DNA of 64,000 bases from Acidobacteriaceae bacterium (GTDB lineage Bacteria > Acidobacteriota > Terriglobia > Terriglobales > Acidobacteriaceae), in NCBI GenBank assembly GCA_036267095.1, contig DATAWS010000024.1, positions 21,670 through 85,669 on the forward strand, given 5' to 3'. Position 1 is the stretch's first letter, and each line of letters begins with the position of its first letter. Shown here one piece after another: positions 8,585 to 17,900 of this stretch. Below the pieces are notes generated by a model. It saw only the letters and a program-made list of their open reading frames with translations, was not told the origin of the DNA and did no database searches. A program made the position numbers and the translations under genes.

Positions 8585-11263
8585 ATGGACATTTTGCGGC
8601 GGGGATGGAATCGAGTGCGGGCGTACTTCCGGAAAGACGCTCTGGATGCCGATCTGAATGCGGAGATGGCTGCGCATCTGGATATGGCGACGGAGGAGAA
8701 CATCGCGCGCGGGTTGGCGCCGGAAGAGGCACGGCGGCAGGCGTTGGCGCGATTCGGGGGCGTCGTGCAGGCGCGGGAGCGTCAGAGGGAGGCGCGGGCG
8801 CTGCCCTTTCTGGATGTGCTGCGGCAGGACGTGCGGTATACGGTGCGGACGCTGGGCCGGGACATCGGATTCACGGTGGTGGCGGTGCTGATTCTGGGGC
8901 TGGGGATTGGCGCGAACGTGGCGGTGTTCAGCGTGGTCAACACGATTCTGCTGCGGCCTCTGCCGTTTCCGGAGTCGCAGCAACTGGTGTGGATTGCACC
9001 GCCGCCGCTGAAGTGCGGGCTTTCGTGCGCGACCTACTCGGCCGATGCGTACGAGGAATTCAAAGCGCAGAGCCGGTCGTACCAGGATGTCACGGGCTAC
9101 ATGGCCTTCTCCAGTCCGGACAACCTGCGGCTGACCGTGGGACACGGAGAGCCGCAGCCGGCGACGGGCATCGAGGTGATCGGGAATTTCTTCAGCGTGC
9201 TGGGAGTGCAGCCGATGCTGGGGCGTACGTTCACGCGCGAGGAACTCGAGAAGGGCGCGCATCCGGTGGTCCTGCTGGAGTACGCGTACTGGCAGCGGCA
9301 GTTTGCGGCCAACCCTTCGATTGTGGGCAAAGAGATCGACCTGAACGGACAGCCGGTGACGGTGGTGGGGGTGCTGCCGCAGAGCTTTGATTTTGGCGCG
9401 GTATTTTCGCCGGGTTCGAGAGTGGACATGATCACGCCGCTGATCCTCGATAACGAGCGGAACTGGGGCAATATCGTAACCATGATGGGGCGGCTGAAGC
9501 CGGGCGTGACGGTGGGGCAGGCGCAGGCCGATGCGGAGATGGTAGTGCCGCATTTGTGCTGGAACGTGAAGCAGCCGCCGTCGTGCGGATCGTATGTGGC
9601 GAAGCATGGGCCTTCGATCGACGTGCGGACGCTGAAGAATTATGTGAGCGGACGGCTGCGGCGGTCGCTGATCGTGCTGTGGTCGGCGGTAGGGATGATC
9701 CTGCTGATCGCGTGCGTGAACCTTTCGAATTTGCTGCTGGCGCGGTCGGCGGCGCGGTCGAAGGAGTTCGCGATGCGCAGCGCGCTGGGGGCGAGCCGCG
9801 GGCGGATGGTGCGGCAACTGCTGACTGAGGGGCTGATTCTGTCGGCAGCCGGAGCGGCGCTGGGGCTGGGGCTGGCGTGGGGGCTGGTGGTGTGGCTGGC
9901 GCATCAGGGATCGCTGGCGCTGCCGCTGCTGAGCACGCTGCACATCGACGGCGCGGCGCTGGGTTGGACGGTTCTGATTGCGACGGCGGCGGCGCTGCTG
10001 TTTGGCGTGGCGCCGGGGCTGCAGATGGCGGCGCAGAATTTGCAGGAGGCGCTGCGGGATTCAGGAGCGGGCGCGGGCGGGGGGCGGAAGCACGAGCGCG
10101 TGCGGTCGGGGCTGGTGATTGCGGAAGTAGGGCTGGCGTGCGTGCTGCTGGTGGGAGCGGGGTTGTTGCTGCGCAGCTTCGTGAAGGTCATGGACATTGA
10201 TCTGGGTTTTCAGCCGGCGCAGGCGGCGTCGATCAAGGTGGAGTACGACGACAGCGCGCCGAACGGCGACGCGAGCGCGGTGAAGCGGGGCGTGATTTTC
10301 CGGCAGATCCTGGAACGGGTGCAGGCGCTGCCCGGAGTGGAAGCGGCAGGTTTTTCGGATTATCTTCCGCTGGGAAGAAACCGCGCGTGGGGAACGCCGA
10401 CGCCCAGGGGAAAGGTCTTTCCCGAGGGCGCATTGCACGGGCCGCTGGTGTATGTGGTTTCGCCGGGGTATGTCGAGGCGATGGGCATGCATCTGCGCGG
10501 GCGCGATTTTACGTGGGACGATGGCCCGAAGAGCGAGCGGGTGGTGATGATCAACGCGTCGGCGGCGCAAGTGTACTGGCCGGGCGAGGATCCGGTGGGA
10601 AGAATCCTTGAGGCGAACGGAGGGGACTGCAAGGTGGTGGGGGTGGTGGACGACATTCACGCGGACAGCGTGGAGGGCGATCCGGGGTGGCAGATTTATT
10701 ATCCCGTCACGCAACAGGGCCCCAGTTATGCGCAACTGGTGATCCGGACGAGTGTGCCGCCGGCGACGCTGGCCGGCAGTGTGCTGCACACGCTGCGGGA
10801 GCTGAACCCCAATCAGCCGGCGGCGGAGTTCCAGCCGCTGGCGATGATCGTGGATCGGGCGAACTCGCCGCGGCGGTTCTTCATGCTGTTGGTGGGAATT
10901 TTCGCGGGGCTGGGGCTGCTGCTGGCGTCGCTGGGAATCTATGGGGTGATCGCGTACATGGTGACGCGGCAAACGCAGGAGATCGGGATTCGCATGGCGC
11001 TGGGCGCGAGCCGGGGGCGGGTGCTGCGCGGCGTGCTGCAGCGGACGCTGGTTCTGGTGCTGGCGGGGCTGGTTGCCGGGACGATCGCGTCGCTGGCGGT
11101 GGGACGCGGCATTGCCTCGCTGCTGTTTGGAACGCAGCCGACCGACCTGGTGACCTATGCGGGGATGGTGGTGGTGCTGACGGTGGTGGCGCTGGTGGCG
11201 GGATATTTGCCGGCACGGCGGGCTTCGCGGATTGATCCGATGGTGGCGTTGAGGACGAACTGA
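8585..11263 (+). CDS. ADOP family duplicated permease (MacB-like, two FtsX domains, no ATPase domain)
   Basis: 892 aa from ATG 8585 (MDILRRGWNRVRAYFRKDALDADLNAEM.. ..EEARRQALARFGG, the typical ADOP N-terminus). FtsX-type TM bundles appear twice (..LIACVNLSNLLLAR.. and ..GIYGVIAYMVTRQTQEIGIRMALGA..). Confidence 0.9.
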   Translation: MDILRRGWNRVRAYFRKDALDADLNAEMAAHLDMATEENIARGLAPEEARRQALARFGGVVQARERQREARALPFLDVLRQDVRYTVRTLGRDIGFTVVAVLILGLGIGANVAVFSVVNTILLRPLPFPESQQLVWIAPPPLKCGLSCATYSADAYEEFKAQSRSYQDVTGYMAFSSPDNLRLTVGHGEPQPATGIEVIGNFFSVLGVQPMLGRTFTREELEKGAHPVVLLEYAYWQRQFAANPSIVGKEIDLNGQPVTVVGVLPQSFDFGAVFSPGSRVDMITPLILDNERNWGNIVTMMGRLKPGVTVGQAQADAEMVVPHLCWNVKQPPSCGSYVAKHGPSIDVRTLKNYVSGRLRRSLIVLWSAVGMILLIACVNLSNLLLARSAARSKEFAMRSALGASRGRMVRQLLTEGLILSAAGAALGLGLAWGLVVWLAHQGSLALPLLSTLHIDGAALGWTVLIATAAALLFGVAPGLQMAAQNLQEALRDSGAGAGGGRKHERVRSGLVIAEVGLACVLLVGAGLLLRSFVKVMDIDLGFQPAQAASIKVEYDDSAPNGDASAVKRGVIFRQILERVQALPGVEAAGFSDYLPLGRNRAWGTPTPRGKVFPEGALHGPLVYVVSPGYVEAMGMHLRGRDFTWDDGPKSERVVMINASAAQVYWPGEDPVGRILEANGGDCKVVGVVDDIHADSVEGDPGWQIYYPVTQQGPSYAQLVIRTSVPPATLAGSVLHTLRELNPNQPAAEFQPLAMIVDRANSPRRFFMLLVGIFAGLGLLLASLGIYGVIAYMVTRQTQEIGIRMALGASRGRVLRGVLQRTLVLVLAGLVAGTIASLAVGRGIASLLFGTQPTDLVTYAGMVVVLTVVALVAGYLPARRASRIDPMVALRTN

Positions 11264-11427
11264 GGAGCAGCGTAGGGCGTCGAGCGGACAGCGTACGGGG
11301 TGCTGACGACGGGCGAGATGCCAGTCAACCGCTCGCACACAAACCAGGCAAAAGCCAGCTGACGGCCGGCCAGCGTCCGGCGAACGGGTAGCTTAAAGCT
11401 CGCTCCAGTCTGGATGGGGATGATCCA

Positions 11428-11458
11428 TTGACTTTCTAACCATAGGCTATCTATGGTT
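11428..11458 (+). promoter_or_regulatory. candidate sigma70-type promoter overlapped by an 8-5-8 palindrome
   Basis: TTGACT at 11428-11433 and tatggt about 18 nt downstream. Palindrome aaccatag-gctat-ctatggtt at 11438-11458, in a locally AT-richer patch of the roughly 500-nt leader of the second ADOP gene. Confidence 0.35.
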
Positions 11459-11771
11459 TGCGGCATGGTCAGGGCTCGGAGCACGGTGCACCGGTGCTTC
11501 CTGCCTGCAGAAACCCAGCAGAAAGCCGGCGAACATTCAGCAAAAGCTGCGGCGAGTTGCCGGGTCACAGGTGGCGGGCAAACCGGTGTCTGTCCGAAAG
11601 CGGACAGGTTTGGGCTGCCTTGGACAGGGCGGGATGTTTGAGGGGGAGTGTTGGCCTTTGTTTTGAATGAATCCGCCGAGGGCCGGATGGAGAGCCGGGT
11701 GCAGGGAGTTCTGCTGTGGGTTGCGGCTGAGGCTTGAGCGGCCGCATCCGAAGACGGGAGGAGCGAGCGCT

Positions 11772-14345
11772 GTGGTGGCTAATCTAAAGACCGCGTTGCG
11801 GCAGTTGAGGAAATCGCCCGGATTTACGGTGACGGCGGTGCTGACGCTGGCGCTGGGGATAGGGGCGACGACGGCGATTTTTACGCTTGTGGACGCGGTG
11901 CTGCTGAAGTCGCTGCCGGTGAAGGATCCGGCGGGGCTATGGCGGATCGGCGACAACGAGCAGTGCTGTTTCAACGGCGGCCTGCCGGCCTACACGGGCA
12001 ATCCCAATGACTGGTCGCTCTTTTCGTATCCGCAGTACGAGGAGTTTCGCGACCACACGCCGGGGCTGGAGAGTCTGGCGGCATTCGAGGGCGGGGATCG
12101 GGAGATGGCGGTGCGACGCGCGGGGAGCCATCATCCGGCGGAGCCTTACTATGGGGAGTTTGTGTCGGGGAATTCTTTCGATGTGCTGGGGCTGCGGGCG
12201 TATGCCGGGCGGCTGCTGGAGTCGAGCGACGATGTGACGGGGGCGCCTCCGGTGGCGGTGGTGAGCTTCCAGACCTGGGAGCAGATGGGGCGGGATCCGT
12301 CGATCGTGGGGTCGAGCTGGCAGCTCAACGGGCAGACGGTGACGGTGGTGGGAGTTGCGCCGCCCGGGTTTTACAGCGAACGACTGAGCGACAAGCCGCC
12401 GTCGTTCTGGATGCCGATCCATCTGGCGCCGGTGATCTGGCCAACGCGCGCGGAATTGCTGGAGCAGGGTGAGCAGCAGTGGCTGAACCTGATGGGGCGG
12501 CTGACGCCGGGTGCGAAGGTGCCGGCGGTGCAGGCGCGGATGATCGTGGAGCTGCAGGCGTATTTGCGGAGTCCGGTGGCGAAGCTGCAGCCGGAGGATC
12601 GGCCGCTCATTCCGCAACAGTATCTGCGGCTGGCGCCGGGCGGCGGCGGTGTGCAGCGGATGCAGGGGCAGTACAAGAGTGATCTGCGCCTGCTGATGTG
12701 GATATCGAGCTTCGTGCTGCTGATTGCCTGCGCGAATTTGGCGAATCTGATGCTGGCGCGAAGCGTGACGCAGCGGCAGCAGACGGCGGTGCGGGCGGCG
12801 CTGGGCGCGCAGCGGAAGCAGCTGGTGCAGCGCGCACTGGTGGAGTGTCTGATGCTGGCGATGATCGGCGGGGTGGCGGGGCTGGTGTTTGCGTACGGCG
12901 GCGCGAAGCTGATCCTGCATCTGGCGTTCCAGAACAATCCGGTGAGCATCAGCGCGAGCCCGTCGTGGACGGTGCTGGGATTTGCTTTTGCGGCATCGCT
13001 GGTGACGGGGCTGTTATTCGGGGTGGCGCCGGCGTGGAGAGCCGCGCAGGCGGATCCGATTGAGGCGCTGCGCGGGGCGAATCGGGCTACCGGCCGACAC
13101 GAAACCCTGGCGCAGAAGGCGCTGGTGGTGGCGCAGGCGGCGGTGTCGGTGGTGCTCTTGTGCGCGGCGGGGCTGTTGATCCTGAGCCTGCGCAAACTGG
13201 AGCACCAGCATTTCGGATTCGAGACGGCACACCGGACGATGGTGATGTTCAACGCGGAAACGTCGGGGCTGAAGCCGGAACAGCTGGATGACTTCTACCG
13301 CAAACTGGACAGCTCTCTTTCGGCGATTCCAGGCGTGGAAAGCGTGGCGTGGTCGACGTGGGGCCCGATGGACGGGAACAACTACAGCGAAGACATCTGG
13401 ATCGACGGGCAGCCGGCGCCGCCGCCGGGATCGGCGGTGAACCTGACGTCGTGGGTGCGGGTGAGCCCCAGTTATTTCGCCACGATCGGGACGAAGGTAG
13501 TAGCCGGCCGGGCATTCCAGGAGAGCGACAACCGGACCGCGCAGGCGGTCGCCATTGTGGATGAGTCGTTCGTGAAAAAGTACCTGCACGGACAGAATCC
13601 GATCGGCGCGCATTTTGGGGAGACCGGGGCGCAACCGGGAGCGTACACGATTGTGGGGGTGGTGGAAGACGCGCAATACTGGCCGCCGAGCGATCTGGAC
13701 GATATGGGGCACGGGATGTACTTCCTGCCCTCGGGGCAGTGGGCCGCGCCGGCGCCCACGACGCCGCAGGCGGCGGCTGAAGCGCAATTCCTGACCAACA
13801 CGCACTTCATGGGTTCGCTGGAAATCGAGACGCACGGAGCGGTGCCGGAACTGGAGTCGCAGGTGCAGAACCGGCTGGCGGAGATCAATCCCAATCTGAT
13901 GGTGGTGCATGCGCACAGCTTCGCGCAGCAGGTACAACTGGGATTCAGCCAGCAGAACATGATCGTGCAGCTGACGTCGCTGTTCGGCGCGCTGGCGCTG
14001 GTGCTGGCGGCGATCGGGCTGTACGGCGTGACGGCGTATGCAGTGGCGCAGCGGACGAGCGAGATCGGGATCCGCATGGCATTGGGAGCGAACCGGGTGG
14101 ATGTGCAGAAGATGGTGCTGCGGGGAGCGTTCCTGCAGGTGGGGGTGGGGCTGGTGATTGGGATTCCCTGCGCGATCGAGGCGGGACGGCTGATGGCAGC
14201 GGAGTTATTCGGGGTGGACGCGATGAATCCGCTGGTGCTGGGGGCGACGACGGCGGTGCTGTGCGCAGCGGCGCTGCTGGCTTCGTCCTTGCCAGCGCGG
14301 CGGGCGGCGGGGGTGGAGCCGATGGAGGCGCTGCGGGGGGAGTGA
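11772..14345 (+). CDS. ADOP family duplicated permease (second paralogue)
   Basis: Probable GTG start at 11772, preceded by GGGAGGAG. VVANLKTALRQLRKSPGFTVTAVLTLALGIGATTAIF is the canonical ADOP/MacB N-terminal TM. There is a second FtsX module near the C-terminus. The start is uncertain (track ORF begins at 11667). Confidence 0.85.
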   Translation: MVANLKTALRQLRKSPGFTVTAVLTLALGIGATTAIFTLVDAVLLKSLPVKDPAGLWRIGDNEQCCFNGGLPAYTGNPNDWSLFSYPQYEEFRDHTPGLESLAAFEGGDREMAVRRAGSHHPAEPYYGEFVSGNSFDVLGLRAYAGRLLESSDDVTGAPPVAVVSFQTWEQMGRDPSIVGSSWQLNGQTVTVVGVAPPGFYSERLSDKPPSFWMPIHLAPVIWPTRAELLEQGEQQWLNLMGRLTPGAKVPAVQARMIVELQAYLRSPVAKLQPEDRPLIPQQYLRLAPGGGGVQRMQGQYKSDLRLLMWISSFVLLIACANLANLMLARSVTQRQQTAVRAALGAQRKQLVQRALVECLMLAMIGGVAGLVFAYGGAKLILHLAFQNNPVSISASPSWTVLGFAFAASLVTGLLFGVAPAWRAAQADPIEALRGANRATGRHETLAQKALVVAQAAVSVVLLCAAGLLILSLRKLEHQHFGFETAHRTMVMFNAETSGLKPEQLDDFYRKLDSSLSAIPGVESVAWSTWGPMDGNNYSEDIWIDGQPAPPPGSAVNLTSWVRVSPSYFATIGTKVVAGRAFQESDNRTAQAVAIVDESFVKKYLHGQNPIGAHFGETGAQPGAYTIVGVVEDAQYWPPSDLDDMGHGMYFLPSGQWAAPAPTTPQAAAEAQFLTNTHFMGSLEIETHGAVPELESQVQNRLAEINPNLMVVHAHSFAQQVQLGFSQQNMIVQLTSLFGALALVLAAIGLYGVTAYAVAQRTSEIGIRMALGANRVDVQKMVLRGAFLQVGVGLVIGIPCAIEAGRLMAAELFGVDAMNPLVLGATTAVLCAAALLASSLPARRAAGVEPMEALRGE

Positions 14346-14375
14346 GGGAAAGCCGCTAAAAGCTGGAGGGTGGCT

Positions 14376-14969
14376 TCAGCGCAGGCGCCAGGAGGCTCCC
14401 AGGGTGAGTCCGTTGGGGTGCAGGCCGTTGCTGGGTTCGCCGGGGACGCCTGGGGCGGCGGGCCAGAACTGATATTCGTACGAGGCGCGGACGGTGAGGC
14501 GGTAGTCGAGACGGAAGTCGACGCCGCCGGCGGGAGCCATGGCGAAGAAGCTGCCGTGTCCGATCTGGTAAGGGAAGTGGATGTTGCCGGCGCCGACGAG
14601 GAATTCAGCCCAGGGGCGGAAGCGGTCGCGGGGAATGATGACATAGCGCGGTCCGGCGAGGTAATTGGTTTCGGTTTCGCCCTGGTAGGCGCCGAAGCGG
14701 AGGAAGCGGGTTTCGCCTTCCGCAGCCCAGCGGGAGTTCCACTGCACATCGACGAAAGCGCCGGCGCCCTGCATGCGGGGATTGGGGCCGAAGTCGGGCT
14801 GGAAGAGAGAGTATTCGCCGCCGACGCGCACAGACTGTTCGCCGCCGATCGCGGATTCCTGCGACTGGGCGCAGGCGAGCAGGGGCAGGAGCAGGAGCGC
14901 GCAGAAGAGGAGGCGATCGCGGAGCGATCGCATCTCCGGGGAGAGACGTTTTGGAGTGGCGGCGGTCAT
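14376..14969 (-). CDS. small outer-membrane beta-barrel protein (OmpA-like/porin family)
   Basis: 197 aa with a signal peptide ..LLFCALLLLPLLACAQS. Alternating aromatic/hydrophilic strands and a C-terminal ...GLTLGASWRLR ending in an aromatic-x-basic pattern. Its ATG overlaps the stop of the upstream giant gene (ATGA at 14966-14969). Confidence 0.7.
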   Translation of the reverse strand: MTAATPKRLSPEMRSLRDRLLFCALLLLPLLACAQSQESAIGGEQSVRVGGEYSLFQPDFGPNPRMQGAGAFVDVQWNSRWAAEGETRFLRFGAYQGETETNYLAGPRYVIIPRDRFRPWAEFLVGAGNIHFPYQIGHGSFFAMAPAGGVDFRLDYRLTVRASYEYQFWPAAPGVPGEPSNGLHPNGLTLGASWRLR

Positions 14970-17900
14970 TGGAACAGGGACTTGACCGTGAGCTGCACGG
15001 TGACGCTGTGGCTGAGCGTCAGGCTGTTATTCGAGGCGGTAGCGCTGAGCTGAATGTTGTAGGTGCCGGGCGCGGTTCCACCGGTGACGGGAGCGGGCGC
15101 GCCGCAGCCGGGAATGATGAGCACGGCGCAGAAGGCGAGCAGGGCAAGCCAGCGGTTGCGGCGGCGGAAGCGCGCGGGCAACGTGAGCAGGAGAAGCGAG
15201 GCGAGGGATCCGGTGGCCAGGGGCAGGGACCAGGGCGATTTCGGCCAGGAAGTGGGCACGATGCCGGAAGCGGTGGTCTGCGGCGCGGCGGTCTGGACGG
15301 TCACAGTGAAGGTGCCGGTGCCGTTAGCCAGCGACGAGGCGCTCATCTTCGTGATGGCGGTGGAGGGCGATCCGAGGGCGTCGAGGGCGAGGGTCTGATC
15401 GAAGCCTGAATTGGGGGTGACGGTGACGGTGAAGGTGGCGGCTTCACCCGTATAGACGGACGCGGAGGCTGGGGTGGCGGAAATGCTGAAGTCACCGAGG
15501 AAGCCGATGATGTCGACCTGAACCATGGCTGGAGCGCCGGTGAGGAAATCTGTCCCGCCCGAATAGGTGGCGGAGATGTTGTGCATGCCGAGCGTGAGCG
15601 ATGAGGTGTTGAGGGTGGCGACGCCGCCGGCGCCGACCGGTACGGTGGCAAGGAGGTTGGCGCCATCCATGAAGGTGACGGTTCCGGTGACTGTGCCGAG
15701 GGGCGCAGCAACGGTGGCGCTGAGGGCGACGTTGGTGCCGACCATCGCGGGATTGGGCGTCGCCTTGAGGGTGGTGGTGGTGCTTTCGGGAACGACGACG
15801 AAGGAGATGGGGCCGGAGGTGCTGGGACTATAGGCTCCGGTGCCGTTGTAGGTAGCGGTAGCGGACCAGGTTCCGGCATCAATGGCCGAAGTGGTGAAGG
15901 TGGCGGCGCCGTTTTGCAGGGTGGCGGTGCCGATGGGGTTGCCGCCGACGCTAAAGGTGACGGTTCCGCCGTTGGGATTGGCGGCCGTCGGCGAACTGAC
16001 ACCGGCGATGAAGGTGACGGGCTGGAAGACTCCGGAAGGACTGGGGGCGACGTTGAGAGCGGAGGAGGAGGCGTTGGCCTGGATGGTTTCAGGGAACGGG
16101 GCCGAGGTGCTGGTGGCGAAGGTGGCGTCGCCGTTGTAGGTGGCGGTGAGGGTGTGGACGCCGCTGGTGGCGAAGGTGGCCTGGAAGACGGCCACGCCGG
16201 CCGGATTGAGCGGCGCGGTGCCGATGACCTGGGCGCCGTCGAGGAAGTTCACGCTGCCGGTAGGCGATCCACCGGCGGCGGTAACGATGGCGGTGAGGGT
16301 GACCGGCGCGAGGGCGAGCGCTGGATTGGGCGCGGCGCCGAGCTGGCTCGTGTCCGGCAGGCCGTTGATGACCTGGGTGATGGAAGCGGAGCTGACGGCG
16401 TAGTCGGTGGTGGGGACGTAGGTGGCGGTGATGATGTGATTGCCGATGGTGAGGGTGCTGGTGGTCCAGGTGGCAATGCCGGAGACCAGAGGCACCGTAG
16501 TCACGGTGGCGCCGTTATCGGAGAAGGCGACGGAGCCGGTGGGAGTTCCGTAGGCCGGGTCGCCGGGGGTGACGGTGGCGGTGAAAGTGACTGACTCTTT
16601 GACCAGAGCGGGATTGAGCGAGGAGTTGAGTGCGGTGTTGGTCGGGTAGGCGCTGAGGACCTGCTGGGTCAGCGATTGCCGGGCCGGGAGGTGGGTGGCA
16701 TCTCCGGCATAGGCGGCGACGATGACATGGGAGCCGACGGTGAGAGCGCTGGTGGCGAAGGTGACGCTGCCCGTGGTGGGGTCGGGCGTGAGGGTGGTCA
16801 GCGGGTCGCCGTTGTCGGTGAGGGTAATGGGGCCGGGATGGGTGCTGTCCGGGGAGTTGCTGGTGATGGTAAAGGTGACGGTCTGATTGACGAGGGAGGG
16901 GTTGGGCGTGGAGGCCAGCGTGAGGGTGACGCTGTCCTTGTCAACCAGAACGTAGATCTTGACGGAGACGGCAGGGGGAAAGGATCCGTCGCCGGAGTAG
17001 GTGGCCACGAAGGCGTGGGGTCCGGGGACAATTTTGGTGAGGGTGAAGCTGGCGGCGCCGGAGCCGTCGATGGAGCCGGTGCCGACCTGGTTGCCATCCT
17101 CGTAGAAGGTGACGGCGCCGGTGGGGATGCCAGCGGCTGAGGCGAGCTGCGCGGTGAGGATGAGGTTGGTGCCGCCGTCGAGAGACCAGGCGGAGGGAGT
17201 CAGCAGGACGGTGGTGGCCTGCGCGTCCTGGGAGCCGGCGTATTCATAGGCGCCCATATCGATGATGGGATAACCCTTGCCGGTGGCGTCCTGCAGGCGG
17301 GGTTTGCCGTCGGGGTCGGTGGCGAGGGGGAAGCCGTCGTTGGCGATCAGCTGCAGAGCGCTGTTGTTGCCGGTGTCGATGGCGGCGGATGAGGCCTGGA
17401 GGTGGTAGTCGCCGTTGGCGGCGTTATTGAAGAGCGGATCGGCGGCGATGTTGCCGTAGGTGTTGGTCTGGTCGGGGCAGTTGCCGCCGTAACCCGGGCC
17501 GCTGGGGTTGTAGATATCGTTGTGGTCGATGACCAGCGGAGTGAGGCTCAGGTAGTCATACGTCGTGCCGCACATGAAGGCGGGCCAGGAGCTGTTGCCG
17601 ATGACGATGTTGTTGGTGAACTCGTACTGAGCGAGGTTGCCATCGATATAAACCTGGGAGCCGGGAACCCCGCTCGGGCTGGGGTTGCTGATGGTATTGC
17701 CGGAGAAGGTATTGTCCTGAATAAAGCCGCGGAACGGGCCCTGGCTGCTGTCGGGGATGGTCAGGGAGATGCCGCCTGCGCCGTAGCCGGCGGAGTTGCC
17801 GGTGATGAGGTTCTGGGCGATGAGCATGGCATCGGAGTTATAGGCGACGATGCCGCCGCCCTGGCCGGTGGTGGCGTTGTTGCGGATGATGTTGCTCTCG

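Noticed and set aside
8564-11338. Long antisense ORFs opposite the first ADOP gene (8564-9943 at 459 aa, 10061-11338 at 425 aa). Analogous ORFs lie opposite other genes: 370-906, 1177-2193, 5061-6179, 11937-12920, 13472-14749, 17402-18622, 20639-22114, 25572-26663, 29480-30877, 36174-37985, 42026-45082, 53906-55993 and 61880-63229.
   Set aside because: They are extremely Arg/Pro/Gly/Ala/His-rich low-complexity translations with no recognisable motifs. Each overlaps a gene with strong family signatures on the other strand. These are typical stop-codon-poor shadow frames of high-GC DNA.
11155-11568. The 137-aa minus-strand ORF and small plus-strand ORFs (11453-11641, 11458-11670) in the long ADOP-2 leader.
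   Set aside because: They overlap the 3' end of the first ADOP gene, have no RBS and a patchy composition, and match no family. They are treated as non-coding leader.
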